This document shows positions 9,401 to 17,762 of a stretch of DNA of 64,000 nucleotides, in pieces (position 1 is the first letter of the stretch; the number at the start of each line of letters is the position of its first letter). The notes under the pieces are model-generated. The model saw nothing but the letters and a program-made list of their open reading frames with translations, searched no databases and was not told the origin of the DNA. The position numbers were made by a program, and so were the translations under genes. Origin of the DNA: Thermoplasmata archaeon (GTDB lineage: Archaea; Thermoplasmatota; E2; JACPAO01; JAHFTW01); contig JAHFTW010000002.1 in the NCBI GenBank assembly GCA_023269235.1, positions 119,294-183,293 of the forward strand, given 5' to 3'.

Positions 9401-9706
9401 CTCGGCGAAGGGGGGAAGATGGAACAGGAGGGCGGGCCAGTAGGTCATCGCCATGCCAAGCAGCATGAGGGGCGGGTAGGCCCACCACTGCGTCGTGGTG
9501 TCGGTGGGCCCGAGGAAAGCGTAGAACGGCTGCTGCGCCGCGATGCCGTACGGGGAATGGCCCTGCAGGAACTGCGTGACCACGGTGCGGAACACGTAGC
9601 CGTCCCAGTCGTGGTCGAGGAGGGCCGCGAGCAGCAGGGCGACCAGGAAGGGCATGCGGGCGTCCCGCAGGCGCACCCTCCAGGCCTCCGGCAGCCGCTC
9701 CAGCAT
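6443..9706 (-). CDS. Giant integral-membrane GT-C-type glycosyltransferase. N-terminal domain has about 10-12 TM helices (DUF2029/GT87/PMT-like). Large C-terminal extracytoplasmic domain.
   Basis: In-frame start MLERLPEAWRV at 9706 (alternative MPFLVALL 51 nt downstream). Dense hydrophobic helices through about aa 560, then about 520 aa soluble domain rich in W/Y/N. The rest of ORF 6443..10684 is a spurious extension. Confidence 0.65.
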   Translation of the reverse strand: MLERLPEAWRVRLRDARMPFLVALLLAALLDHDWDGYVFRTVVTQFLQGHSPYGIAAQQPFYAFLGPTDTTTQWWAYPPLMLLGMAMTYWPALLFHLPPFAERVLWKLPMIASLVALAWVAGAWARRFGSDEDEARKVERRFLWNPFLLLVAAAWGMTDVALMALYLGGLLAYGNGKPGKAGVLVGLAFLVKPFPALLVLPMLPYLVRRHGWESAFRFGAAGAGIVAAVSAPFFLSDPGGFWQQVVGMHLARGVQGLTLWQLVPREVLSDGVVKLLSPLLMVASLVAVGYLSTRLRGKGTSLMLTLMAGIAILVWNRVVNEQYLVLLVAPILVLDQLHVLDRLGHFLTRWTPTLFALVIAIGGFHFLTFLPPDVANVVLGGVPVDVAAERLRSLSPDFWWWLQTILVALVSITLFAMAWLALRILSGQRSRSPVGVRHLLPTGVLGLLLIGVGFLPALGGAAAPPAAFIPATAQPLVGAFTYLWWQNPAHDPAVRYGNWEVVSQVPTIGYYTNTRGVARDQVAAMIGAGIDTAVVSYHRGEAERYRTFQDEATKAGLRVAPLIELNQVYDQAEHHPVNELGQLVPASFYRLDNGTRDAISAFVVDLKAQLLQPSALHMGGRPVVFFYDSYVGGVSFHPEDKASLARTLLSLHSLETLRAAFNDSSLQATVPSVLQYYPTTYKSFNDPGANGLWRAAHLVQHVAFWEDLRARLEAAVGTPLFMVNGDALNERADFQAGTVKSLVSLSAFDGSFIYSPSFTWGNQPKAPFNDTFALWEDRNHRLTAFADATGRLSSFGVAPSYDDTVNRPNGFVIPAFPDGPGGASFYSRSWDSTIAHPPTFPVIATFNEFFEGSSIEPSQEYGARFLEQTLAERQALQAAPAPAKNVLFLLHERSSMTDPSVPELGESHFWGIDALAALPRALPQTRVAAADVFGPAVSGAPDLVLIEGGYGPYRAGPAVSAQLTSWSAAKVPVLTFGPDLALPLNAALGDTCLAGLDAVPGPYTLVPGDRLSARAGGLWLERNGATFHVGQSCGAHAATSVKPWVATELSVAGGGRHDTINGQCMAVALKALEPAFAAPDAPSACQP

Positions 9707-9792
9707 CTTGGCCACTTGACCCGACAGCGTGGTATAAGGTTCGTGGGCGCGGCCCTGAACTGATGGAGAGAGACCCCGGGGCGGGGGCGCGC

Positions 9793-10677
9793 TTAGAGGC
9801 GCTGCAGCCAGTCGAGGGCGTGCTGGGCAGCCCCGCCCTGGACCGCCACGACGAGGGCGACCCAGACGGCGCCGTTGAGCAGGGTGGCGCGGTCGCGGAA
9901 GAGCATCTGCGCCTCGTCGCGGCCGTCGCGGCGGTGGACAAGGTGGTTGTAGCGCAGCACGCCGTAGAACGCGAAGGGGAGCGTGAACATCATGGCCGGG
10001 TGGGGGCCGAAGAATGTGTAGAGGCTGTACGCGGCGAGGATGAGGGCCGTGGAGACCTGGAGCGTCTGCTCGACGAAGGCGACCGAGTACTCGGCGAGCA
10101 CGGCGCGATGCTCGGAGCCGGCGCCGACGAGCAGTTCGTGGCGGCGCTTGGCGAGGCCGAGGTGGAAGGCGAACAGGAAGGTGCAGACGATGAGCCACGG
10201 CGACGGCGGGACGGGGAGGACCGTGGTGCCGGCAAGCGCGCGCAGGACGAAGCCGAGCGCGATGGCGAGGAGGTCCCACAGGAAGACCTGCTTGAGGCCG
10301 AGGTTGTAGAGGACCTGGAGGGCGACGTAGGCGAGGCCGAGCGTGAACGTGACCGTGTTGGCGCGCCACAGCAGGGCGAGGCCGCAGGCGAGCAGGACGA
10401 CTGCGAGCAGGAGGGCGGCCGGGACGGAGACGGCGCCGGAGGCGACGGGGCGCGTGCGCTTGGTGGGATGCAGACGGTCCTTGGCGGCGTCGCGGGCGTC
10501 GTTGGCGCAGTACGCCGCAGAGCTGAGCATGATGAACGCGACGACGGCGAGGGCGGCGCGCGGCCAGAGAGTGGTGTTCCCGAGGTTGCCGCTGAACAGC
10601 AGCGGCACGAGCACGATGCCGTTCTTGTACCACTGGCGCGGGCGCAGCAGGGCAAGCAACGGAGGCAGGGTCACCAA
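9793..10677 (-). CDS. UbiA-family prenyltransferase, decaprenyl-phosphate 5-phosphoribosyltransferase (DPPR synthase, Rv3806c-like)
   Basis: RPRQWYKNGIVLVPLLFSG. NDARDAAKD matches the NDxxDxxxD motif. HPTKRTRPVASG. Nine TM helices. Confidence 0.8.
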   Translation of the reverse strand: MVTLPPLLALLRPRQWYKNGIVLVPLLFSGNLGNTTLWPRAALAVVAFIMLSSAAYCANDARDAAKDRLHPTKRTRPVASGAVSVPAALLLAVVLLACGLALLWRANTVTFTLGLAYVALQVLYNLGLKQVFLWDLLAIALGFVLRALAGTTVLPVPPSPWLIVCTFLFAFHLGLAKRRHELLVGAGSEHRAVLAEYSVAFVEQTLQVSTALILAAYSLYTFFGPHPAMMFTLPFAFYGVLRYNHLVHRRDGRDEAQMLFRDRATLLNGAVWVALVVAVQGGAAQHALDWLQRL

Positions 10678-10730
10678 CGCGCACAGACCGACGGCTTCCG
10701 GTTCAAGGTTGCGCCTGACCCCGGAGCCGG

Positions 10731-11285
10731 CTAGACTTCCCAGACGTCGGACTTGCGCTTGGCGCCGACGAGGTCGATGGCGCCCGGGGCGGACTCGGCG
10801 GCGTGCGGGTTGCGCCCTCCCCCGAGGCGGCGGGCGGGCTCGGCCTCGACGACCTTGCTAGCCCCCATGTTGTCCACGAGCGCCATCTCGCCCATGAACG
10901 TGAAGCGGATGGACTCCTTGGCAAGGCGGCCAAGGAACAGTTCGCACGCGGAGACGAACGCCTGCGCGTCGAGCTTACGCTGGCCGGGCGCGGCATCGGC
11001 GGGGTAACCGCCCATGTAGATGGTGAGGAAGGCGCGGCCGAGGCGGCGCACGAAGATGAGCGTCGCCGTGCCGCGCCCCAACCGGAGGTGCGTCCCCGAG
11101 CTGTGCAGGACGAAGCCGGTCTCGCCGCCGTCCTGGACCTCCCAGCCGTCGAGCCCCATCTCGCGTGCCTGGAGCGGGCCCCACATCGCCATCGCGGTGT
11201 GCTTGGGCACGGGCGCCTCCCATTTGCTGACGAAGACCCCCGCGTCCAGCACGTCCATGCCAAGGAATGCAAGGCGCGGGGTCAT
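10731..11285 (-). CDS. Hypothetical protein (184 aa), operonic with the DPPR-synthase-like and HAD genes
   Basis: High GC3 ORF in the same orientation, with short gaps to its neighbours. No recognisable motifs. Confidence 0.4.
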   Translation of the reverse strand: MTPRLAFLGMDVLDAGVFVSKWEAPVPKHTAMAMWGPLQAREMGLDGWEVQDGGETGFVLHSSGTHLRLGRGTATLIFVRRLGRAFLTIYMGGYPADAAPGQRKLDAQAFVSACELFLGRLAKESIRFTFMGEMALVDNMGASKVVEAEPARRLGGGRNPHAAESAPGAIDLVGAKRKSDVWEV

Positions 11286-11313
11286 GGCCCTTCTGCTTCG
11301 CGCCGGTGGGAAA

Positions 11314-11895
11314 TCAGGAGGCGGCGATGCGGCGAAGGATGAGGTCCACGGCCGCGGGGAGCCCGTCCACGACGGGGACGTCCCAGCCGCGCTTCGCCAT
11401 CGCGGCCTCGAGCTGGGGCCGGGAATGCGAGGTGGAGAGAAGGATCGCCTTGCAGCCGTAGGCGTGGGCCGCCTCGGCGTCCTTGACGTTGTCGCCCACC
11501 ATGACGGCCCGCTTCGGGTCGGCGCCGAGCGCGCGGCCGCCGTCCTCGAGCATGCCGGGGCGTGGCTTGTGGCGGCGCCCGAAGGGGACGGTGGCGGCCT
11601 CGATGCGGTCCAGGCGGCCGCCCGCGGCGCGCAGCTCCTCCATCATCCAGGCGTGGAGCTCCGCGAGCTTCGTGCGCCGGAGAAGGCCCGTGGCGACGAA
11701 GGGTTGGTTCGTGGCGAGGCACACATTGATGCCGGGTCGGTTGAGGCGCGCGACGGCCTCCTTCGCGCCGGGAAGCCACTCCCATTGGGCGATGCGGGAA
11801 AGGAACAGCACGGGCCTCGTCTTCGCGAGGACGCCGTCGCGGTCAAGGAAGACCGTGAACGACCGGGTGGGGGCGGTGGCCGTCTTGCCGCTCAT
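11314..11895 (-). CDS. HAD-superfamily phosphatase, GmhB (D,D-heptose 1,7-bisphosphate phosphatase)/histidinol-phosphatase-like
   Basis: FLDRDGVL motif I. ...ATNQ... and GDNVKD motifs. 4-nt overlap with the folE2 stop. Confidence 0.8.
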   Translation of the reverse strand: MSGKTATAPTRSFTVFLDRDGVLAKTRPVLFLSRIAQWEWLPGAKEAVARLNRPGINVCLATNQPFVATGLLRRTKLAELHAWMMEELRAAGGRLDRIEAATVPFGRRHKPRPGMLEDGGRALGADPKRAVMVGDNVKDAEAAHAYGCKAILLSTSHSRPQLEAAMAKRGWDVPVVDGLPAAVDLILRRIAAS

Positions 11896-12818
11896 TCCGC
11901 GGCCCCGAGGGTCGTGTGGCGCTCGGCGTAGGCGTTGTGCTTGTGGATGGACTCCTGCGCCTCGCTGGAGACGAAGACGCTGGCCCCGGCCAGTTTCTTG
12001 TTGCGCTTGGCGAGCAGGTGGATGGCCTCGCGCACGACGTCCTCCACGAAGCGCGGGTTGTCGTGGGCCTGAATGACGAGGGCGCCCTCGTCGCCGCGCT
12101 TGAGAAGCTCGAACGTTGGGGCCGACAGGGCCTCCTCGGCGACCCCGACGAGGTCCGCCGCCTCGACGTCGGCATCGCCCGGCAGGTCGAGCAGGAGGGT
12201 GACGACGTTGCGCTGGTTGTGCGTGATGAACGGGAGGTTCGCCGCCGGCTTGCGGCCCTTCTCCGTCATCTGGTGGCGCGCGGTCTCCATGGCGCACGGG
12301 CAGGCCGACATGCCGACGACTTGGACGCCGACGCGGCGCGTCGTCGTGGGCTTGGCCTTCCCCGTCCCCCGCAGCGCCTCGGCCTCGGTGAGGAGGCGGT
12401 ACACCTCGATCGTGGCCTTGCCGCCGGGGTTGGTGCGGGTGAGGAAGTAGTCGGCCTCCGCCTTGACGTGGGCGTGGCTCGCGTAGTCGTGCCGCTCCAG
12501 AAGCCGGAGGGCGAGGCGGCGGCACAGGTTCTCCAGGCTGGGGGCCTCGGTCGCGACCTCCTCGTCCAGGATGTCCGCGAGCGCCTCGAGGTTGCGGCTC
12601 ATGTGGGTGCCCTTCTGCGTCTTGGGCAGATCCACGAACAGGTCGAAGGTGGCCACGACGCCGGTCGGTTTTTGGCCCGGGCGGTGGACGGTGACGGGTT
12701 TCTTGACGCCGCGCACGCCGACGCGGGTCAGCTTGTAGGGGTGCGGGGAAGCCGCCGCCTGGACGTCGGGCGAAGCCGTTGGCTTCGATCGCGGTGCGGC
12801 CTTCGTTGCCCGGTGCAC
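11892..12818 (-). CDS. folE2: GTP cyclohydrolase FolE2/MptA family (type IB / archaeal Fe(II)-dependent GTP cyclohydrolase)
   Basis: YKLTRVGVRGVKKPV ... GMSACPCAMETAR. FolE2/MptA hallmark Cys-containing motif. Confidence 0.8.
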   Translation of the reverse strand: MHRATKAAPRSKPTASPDVQAAASPHPYKLTRVGVRGVKKPVTVHRPGQKPTGVVATFDLFVDLPKTQKGTHMSRNLEALADILDEEVATEAPSLENLCRRLALRLLERHDYASHAHVKAEADYFLTRTNPGGKATIEVYRLLTEAEALRGTGKAKPTTTRRVGVQVVGMSACPCAMETARHQMTEKGRKPAANLPFITHNQRNVVTLLLDLPGDADVEAADLVGVAEEALSAPTFELLKRGDEGALVIQAHDNPRFVEDVVREAIHLLAKRNKKLAGASVFVSSEAQESIHKHNAYAERHTTLGAAE

Positions 12819-12851
12819 GCGGCGGCCACCGTCGGCCCCGACTTGAAGTTG

Positions 12852-13136
12852 CTACCCGGGCCGCACGCCCAGCAGCCAGGCAAGGACAAGGCCGTTGACC
12901 AGGGCACACAGCACGAACGGCACGAGGAAGGCCGCCTTGCGCGTCTTGTGACGAACGACGAGAAACGCCACGAGTTCGCCGGGCCAGCCGCCAAGCAGCG
13001 CCAAGGCCAGGAGCGCCGCCTCCGGCACGCGGCCTAGGCCCCGTTGGGCCTGGCGCTTGTCGATGGCGGCAATGACGAGGCCGACGAGGCTGGCGGCGAT
13101 CAGCCAGGCGGCCATGGCCAGCCAAGGGGCGTCCAT
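12852..13136 (-). CDS. Small membrane protein, DUF1294-like
   Basis: 94 aa with three hydrophobic helices. IAAIDKRQAQRG motif is typical of DUF1294. Confidence 0.45.
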   Translation of the reverse strand: MDAPWLAMAAWLIAASLVGLVIAAIDKRQAQRGLGRVPEAALLALALLGGWPGELVAFLVVRHKTRKAAFLVPFVLCALVNGLVLAWLLGVRPG

Positions 13137-13186
13137 ACGGGGGGGAGGGCCGGCCGCCTTTTGACCCGGCGGCTCGTGGCCCGGTC

Positions 13187-13711
13187 GTGCTGGAACTGAA
13201 GATCGACGGCTGGCGCAAGGGGCTACGGTTCAGCAGCGCCCACATCACGCCGGAGCACAAGAAGTGCGGCCGCCTGCACGGGCACACCTACGCCATCCAC
13301 TTGCGCATGCAGGGAAAGCAGGACGAGTGGGGCATCGTGCTCGACTTCGGCGTCATCACGGACACCCTCAAGGCCATCGGCGACGAGATCGACCACCTCG
13401 TCCTGGTGCCGACCGAGAGCAACCACTACTCGAACCTCAAGGTGACGAAGAAGGACGTGAAGTTCCGCGTGACCGACCCCTACACGGGCGAGCCGAAGGA
13501 GTTCAGCTTCCCCCGCCAGGACTGCGCCCTGCTCCCGCTCCCCTCGACCACGGCGGAGGACTTGGCGAAGTACGTGTACCGCGAGTTCATGAAACGCACC
13601 AAGTTCACGACGGACACCGCTTTCGTCGAGGTCGGCGTGGACGAGGGCTACGGCAAGGGCGCGTGGTACTCCGACGCGAAGCCTGTGAAGGGCAAATCCA
13701 AGGTGAAGTAG
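13187..13711 (+). CDS. queD: 6-carboxy-5,6,7,8-tetrahydropterin synthase (QueD/PTPS family)
   Basis: GTG start. CGRLHGHTY (CxxxHGH) zinc motif. Confidence 0.85.
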   Translation: MLELKIDGWRKGLRFSSAHITPEHKKCGRLHGHTYAIHLRMQGKQDEWGIVLDFGVITDTLKAIGDEIDHLVLVPTESNHYSNLKVTKKDVKFRVTDPYTGEPKEFSFPRQDCALLPLPSTTAEDLAKYVYREFMKRTKFTTDTAFVEVGVDEGYGKGAWYSDAKPVKGKSKVK

Positions 13712-14397
13712 TGGCGGGCGCACCCGCCAAACCCCGGGCCGTCGTCCTCCTCAGCGGCGGCCTCGACTCCACGACGGCGGCGGCGTGGGCCCAGAAACGC
13801 GGCTACGAGGTCGTGGCGCTCTCGTTCGACTACGGCCAGCGGCACAAGAAGGAACTCACGCAGGCCAAGGCTGTCGCGAAGGCGTTGGGCATCCGGGACC
13901 ACCGCGTCCTCAAGGTCCCCGTCGGCGACCTGGGCGGCTCCGCCCTCACCGACAGGCGCATCGCGGTCCCCAAGGCCGGCAAACGCATCGGCGCCTCCAT
14001 CCCGTCCACCTACGTCCCCGCCCGCAACACGGTCTTCCTCTCCCTTGCCCTTGGCCTCGCCGAGGTCACTGGCGCGTCGGCCATCGTCATCGGCGCCAAC
14101 GCGCTCGACTACTCCGGCTACCCCGACTGCCGCCCCGAATACCTGCGCGCCTTCGAACGCATGGCCAACCTCGCCACCAAGGCCGGCATCGAGGGCCGAA
14201 AGGTGAAGGTTAAGGCTCCCCTGCTCCGACTCTCCAAGCGGGACATCGTGCAGCTCGCTCTTCGTCTCAAGGCGCCCATCCACCTGTCGTGGAGTTGCTA
14301 CCGCGGTGGCGCCCGTGCGTGCGGGACCTGCGAGTCCTGCGTCCTGCGCGCCAAGGGCTTCGCCGCGGCGGGCGTAACGGACCCGGCGGGCGCCTGA
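13711..14397 (+). CDS. queC: 7-cyano-7-deazaguanine (preQ0) synthase QueC
   Basis: GTG start overlapping the queD stop. PP-loop [11 protein letters not shown]-terminal zinc cysteines [15 protein letters not shown]. Confidence 0.9.
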   Translation: MAGAPAKPRAVVLLSGGLDSTTAAAWAQKRGYEVVALSFDYGQRHKKELTQAKAVAKALGIRDHRVLKVPVGDLGGSALTDRRIAVPKAGKRIGASIPSTYVPARNTVFLSLALGLAEVTGASAIVIGANALDYSGYPDCRPEYLRAFERMANLATKAGIEGRKVKVKAPLLRLSKRDIVQLALRLKAPIHLSWSCYRGGARACGTCESCVLRAKGFAAAGVTDPAGA

Positions 14398-15234
14398 ATG
14401 CCCATCGACCTCGTCCAGGCTACCAGCATCGTGGTCACCCTGCTCCTGCTGGAGGCTGTCCTCTCCTTCGACAACGCCGCCATCCTCGCGGTCATGTCGC
14501 GCAAGCTCCCGCCCGGGGCAGGGCGCAAGCGGGCGCTCAACTACGGCCTCCTCATCGCCTACGTCCTTCGCATCCTTGCGATCCTTGCCGCGGTCGTGCT
14601 CGCCAGCACGCCATGGTTCCTCACCGTCGGCGGCGCCTACCTCGTCTTCCTGTTCATGAAGCACTTCCTCGGCATGGCGGGCGGGAAACCGCATGCCCAC
14701 GCGACCGCGCCGGACCAGTCGGCGACGAAGGGTTTCCTGGGCCTTTCGCCGCTCCAGTCCGTCGTCCTCCAGATCGGCCTCGTGGACCTCGCCTTCGCGC
14801 TCGACCAGGTCGTCGCCGCCGTCGCGTTCACGAAGAACGTCGAGCCTGTCACGTTCCTGGGCGGCCTTGTGACCTACCAGCAGGCGCTCATCCTGGTCGC
14901 GGCCACCGCGGGACTGGTGAGCCTGCGCGTCCTGGCGCCCTTCATCAGCCGCCTCATGGACTGGCTCCCCATCCTGGAGCATATGGCCTTCGTCGCGGTC
15001 GGCTTCGTCGGCGCGCTTCTCGTGCTGGAGCATCCGCTCGTGGTGCCGCCGCTGCACGTCATCACGGATCCGCTTGAGCCCGTCAAGATCCCCGTCACGC
15101 TGGGGCTCTTCGCCGTCCCCATCTTCATCAAGCTCGTCTTCAAGGTCCCGCGCGGCCGCAGCCACGTCCATGCCGCCTCGGAGAAGGCCATTGACGCCGC
15201 GCAGCCTGGGCCTCACCTCCCCAAGAAGCCTTGA
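14398..15234 (+). CDS. TerC/DUF475-family integral membrane protein
   Basis: LSFDNAAILAV motif. Multiple TM helices. Embedded between queC and queE. Confidence 0.7.
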   Translation: MPIDLVQATSIVVTLLLLEAVLSFDNAAILAVMSRKLPPGAGRKRALNYGLLIAYVLRILAILAAVVLASTPWFLTVGGAYLVFLFMKHFLGMAGGKPHAHATAPDQSATKGFLGLSPLQSVVLQIGLVDLAFALDQVVAAVAFTKNVEPVTFLGGLVTYQQALILVAATAGLVSLRVLAPFISRLMDWLPILEHMAFVAVGFVGALLVLEHPLVVPPLHVITDPLEPVKIPVTLGLFAVPIFIKLVFKVPRGRSHVHAASEKAIDAAQPGPHLPKKP

Positions 15235-15256
15235 ACCGGAACGGACTCGACCCAGC

Positions 15257-15910
15257 GTGCAGGTCACCGAGACGTTCCTCTCCATCCAGGGCGAGGGGCG
15301 GCGCATGGGGCTCCCGACGAGCTTCGTGCGCACCACCGGCTGCCACCTGCGCTGCGTCTGGTGCGACGCGGCCTACGCCTTCCATGGCGGCAAGCCGCAG
15401 ACCGTGGCCCAGCTCGTCGAATGGTGCCGAAGCCAGCCGACGAAGGAGGTCTGTTTCACGGGCGGCGAGCCGCTCTTGCAGAAAGACGCGTGGGCGTTCG
15501 TCGAGGCCCTGCTCGCCGACGGGTTCTCGGTGCTCATCGAGACCTCCGGCAATCTCTCGTTCGCGCACGCCAACACGCTCCCGCCAGAACACCGCGCCCG
15601 CCTGTGCGTGAGCATGGACGTGAAGTGCCCGGGCTCCAAGATGGCGGACAAGAACGACCTCACGCTGCTGGCCGACTTGCGCGCGCCGGACCAGCTCAAA
15701 TTCGTCATCGTGGACCGCGCCGACTACGACTTCTCCGCGCGCGTCGTGCGCGAGCACGGCCCGTTCCCGTGCCCCGTGTACTTCAACCCGGTCGGCGGCA
15801 CGGACGCGAAGGCCATCACGGAATGGCTCCTCGCCGAGACGAAGCCGCTGCCCGTCCACGCGGGGCTCCAAATGCACAAGCTGCTCTGGGGCGACGTGCC
15901 CGGACGCTAG
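15257..15910 (+). CDS. queE: 7-carboxy-7-deazaguanine synthase QueE (radical SAM)
   Basis: GTG start. ETFLSIQGEGRRMG ... TGCHLRCVWCD (CxxxCxxC-type radical SAM motif) ... FTGGEPLL. Confidence 0.85.
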   Translation: MQVTETFLSIQGEGRRMGLPTSFVRTTGCHLRCVWCDAAYAFHGGKPQTVAQLVEWCRSQPTKEVCFTGGEPLLQKDAWAFVEALLADGFSVLIETSGNLSFAHANTLPPEHRARLCVSMDVKCPGSKMADKNDLTLLADLRAPDQLKFVIVDRADYDFSARVVREHGPFPCPVYFNPVGGTDAKAITEWLLAETKPLPVHAGLQMHKLLWGDVPGR

Positions 15911-15911
15911 A

Positions 15912-16556
15912 CTACAGTTTCGGCGCGGCCGCCTTGGCGCGCTTGGCCTTGACGACCTCATAGACGACGTAGAGCACAAGCAGCAGGAGAAGTCCCACGC
16001 CGACGAGGTCGAGGTTGCCCTTCAGCGCCGCGACCGCGCCGTCGTTGCCGGCGAACGCGTAGCCGGCGTAGAGCAGGACGCAGTTCCAGAGCGTGGCGCC
16101 TGCGATGCTCGCGAGCAGGAACGGGGCGAGCGGCATGCGCGCGGCGCCGGCAGGGATGCTGCTGACGTGCCGCACGCCGGGGATGAAACGGCACAGGAAC
16201 ACGGCGACGGCGCCGCGGCGCGCGAAGAACTCCTGGGCCTTTGTGATGTGGTGGTCGTGCACCAGCACGTACTTGCCGTAGCGGCGCACGAGCGGCAGGA
16301 GCCCATGCTGGCCAAGCAGGTAGCTCAGGTAGGAGCCGAGGGCAGAGCCGGCGCTCGAGGCGAGGATGGCGCCCGCCCAGCTGAACGTCCCGTCGTGGAC
16401 GAGCACGCCCGCGAACGGCATGACGGCCTCGCTGGGCACGGGGAAGACCATGCTCTCGGCGGCCATCAGGAGCAGCAGGCCAGCGTAGCCGGTCGTCTGG
16501 AGCGTGTGGATGGCGAAGGCGCTGAGCCAGGCAAGGGCGTCGCCGACGAAGGACAC
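15912..16556 (-). CDS. dedA: DedA-family membrane protein (SNARE-associated/VTT domain)
   Basis: ESMVFPVPSEAVMPFAG ... RFIPGVRHVSSIPAG. Confidence 0.8.
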   Translation of the reverse strand: MSFVGDALAWLSAFAIHTLQTTGYAGLLLLMAAESMVFPVPSEAVMPFAGVLVHDGTFSWAGAILASSAGSALGSYLSYLLGQHGLLPLVRRYGKYVLVHDHHITKAQEFFARRGAVAVFLCRFIPGVRHVSSIPAGAARMPLAPFLLASIAGATLWNCVLLYAGYAFAGNDGAVAALKGNLDLVGVGLLLLLVLYVVYEVVKAKRAKAAAPKL

Positions 16557-16586
16557 GAACGCCGGAGGCGGAGCGAGGGTTTGAGG

Positions 16587-17147
16587 CTACGCGAACGCGC
16601 GCACGGCGAGCAGGAGTGCGAACGCAAGGAGGCCGTCGGCAGAGAGAAGGCCCACGAGGGGGCCGAACCACGGCCAGCGCGCGGCGCCGTGCGCCATGAG
16701 GAAACTGAATCCGGCCACCCATCCGAAGATGGCGACCAGGAAGCCGACGACGCCCCAGCCTCCCGTGGCGGCCAGGAACGCCGCGCCCACCGAGGGCCAC
16801 CAAGCGTAGAAGAACGGATTGCTCAGCGTGACCGCCCACACCGCGCCCTGCGCGAGCGGCTTCGGCTCCGGCCGAGGACGCACCGTGTCCCAGGCGAGGT
16901 AGAGCATGAGCAGGGCCCCGACGCCCGCGAGGAAAGGCGCCCAGCGCGCGACGTCCAGGACGCGGGGCAGTCCGAACAGCACGAGCAGCATCGCGACGGT
17001 GTCCATGAGGGGCGCCGGGTAGCCCGCGCGGACGCCCGCCCACGCTCCGCCGCGGACCGCTTCGCGCGCGATGAGGGCGTTCACTGGCCCAGGCGGGCCT
17101 GCCAGGCTGAGGCCCAACGCGAGGCCGGCGGCGGCTTCGCCGAGCAT
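16587..17147 (-). CDS. LysE/RhtB-family amino-acid exporter-like membrane protein
   Basis: GPPGPVNALIAREA motif. Six TM segments. Confidence 0.6.
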   Translation of the reverse strand: MLGEAAAGLALGLSLAGPPGPVNALIAREAVRGGAWAGVRAGYPAPLMDTVAMLLVLFGLPRVLDVARWAPFLAGVGALLMLYLAWDTVRPRPEPKPLAQGAVWAVTLSNPFFYAWWPSVGAAFLAATGGWGVVGFLVAIFGWVAGFSFLMAHGAARWPWFGPLVGLLSADGLLAFALLLAVRAFA

Positions 17148-17701
17148 CAGTAGTGGTAGTCGCGTTCGCCGTCGGGCTCCAGCTCGACGCCGAGGCCGAC
17201 CGCGATGCGGTTAGCGAACGTGAAGTAGCCGACGACCTGGGCGGCCTGGAGGATCTCTTCGTCGCGCAGGCCGTTCTTGCGCAGCGCCTCGACCTGGGGC
17301 TTGACTCCCTTCGCGGGGTGCGCGGCCAAGATGGTGGCGTACTCGACGAGGGCGCGCTCGCGGCCCGTGGTGGCCTTGGCGGGGTCCTTCGCGACCGCCT
17401 CGACCCAGGCGGCGTCCTTGGCGTAGCGGCCAAGGGCGTCCTTGTGGTGGGAGAGGCTGTACGCGTCGCCGTTGGCGGCGGAGACCGTCACCGCGATGAC
17501 CTCGACCTCGCGCCGGCTCAGGCCACCCTTGCTGAAGCAGGTGGCCATGTAGAGGTCGAGGTGGGCGCGCATCGCCTTGGGCTCAAGGCTCTGGGCGCGC
17601 AGGATGTTGCTGACGCGGCCGCGGTTGCGCTGGATCTCGTCGTACAGCTCGAAGAGCTTGCCGTCCGCCTCGTCCTCGTGGATGACGCGAATGTAGGCCA
17701 C
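17147..17701 (-). CDS. Carboxymuconolactone decarboxylase-family protein (AhpD-like / peroxidase-related enzyme)
   Basis: CMD-family region LSRREVEVIAVTVSAANGDAYSLSHH. Confidence 0.7.
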   Translation of the reverse strand: MAYIRVIHEDEADGKLFELYDEIQRNRGRVSNILRAQSLEPKAMRAHLDLYMATCFSKGGLSRREVEVIAVTVSAANGDAYSLSHHKDALGRYAKDAAWVEAVAKDPAKATTGRERALVEYATILAAHPAKGVKPQVEALRKNGLRDEEILQAAQVVGYFTFANRIAVGLGVELEPDGERDYHY

Positions 17702-17762
17702 GCCGCTCCGACCTGGGCGGGGGGTGATAAGGCGGGCGGGTCGCGGCGTCGGGCCGGGACGC

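Noticed and set aside
6443-10684. 1413-aa ORF as a single giant protein
   Set aside because: The N-terminal about 326 codons are Arg/Pro-rich nonsense overlapping the genuine UbiA gene in another frame. The true GT-C starts at 9706.
10703-11272. Alternative 189-aa frame overlapping the hypothetical gene 10731..11285
   Set aside because: Ser/Ala/Arg/Pro-rich low-complexity translation. The 10731..11285 frame has more balanced composition and was preferred, though neither is certain.
13648-15336. 562-aa minus ORF antisense to queC/TerC/queE
   Set aside because: Antisense to well-supported genes. Low-complexity D/E/G/R translation.
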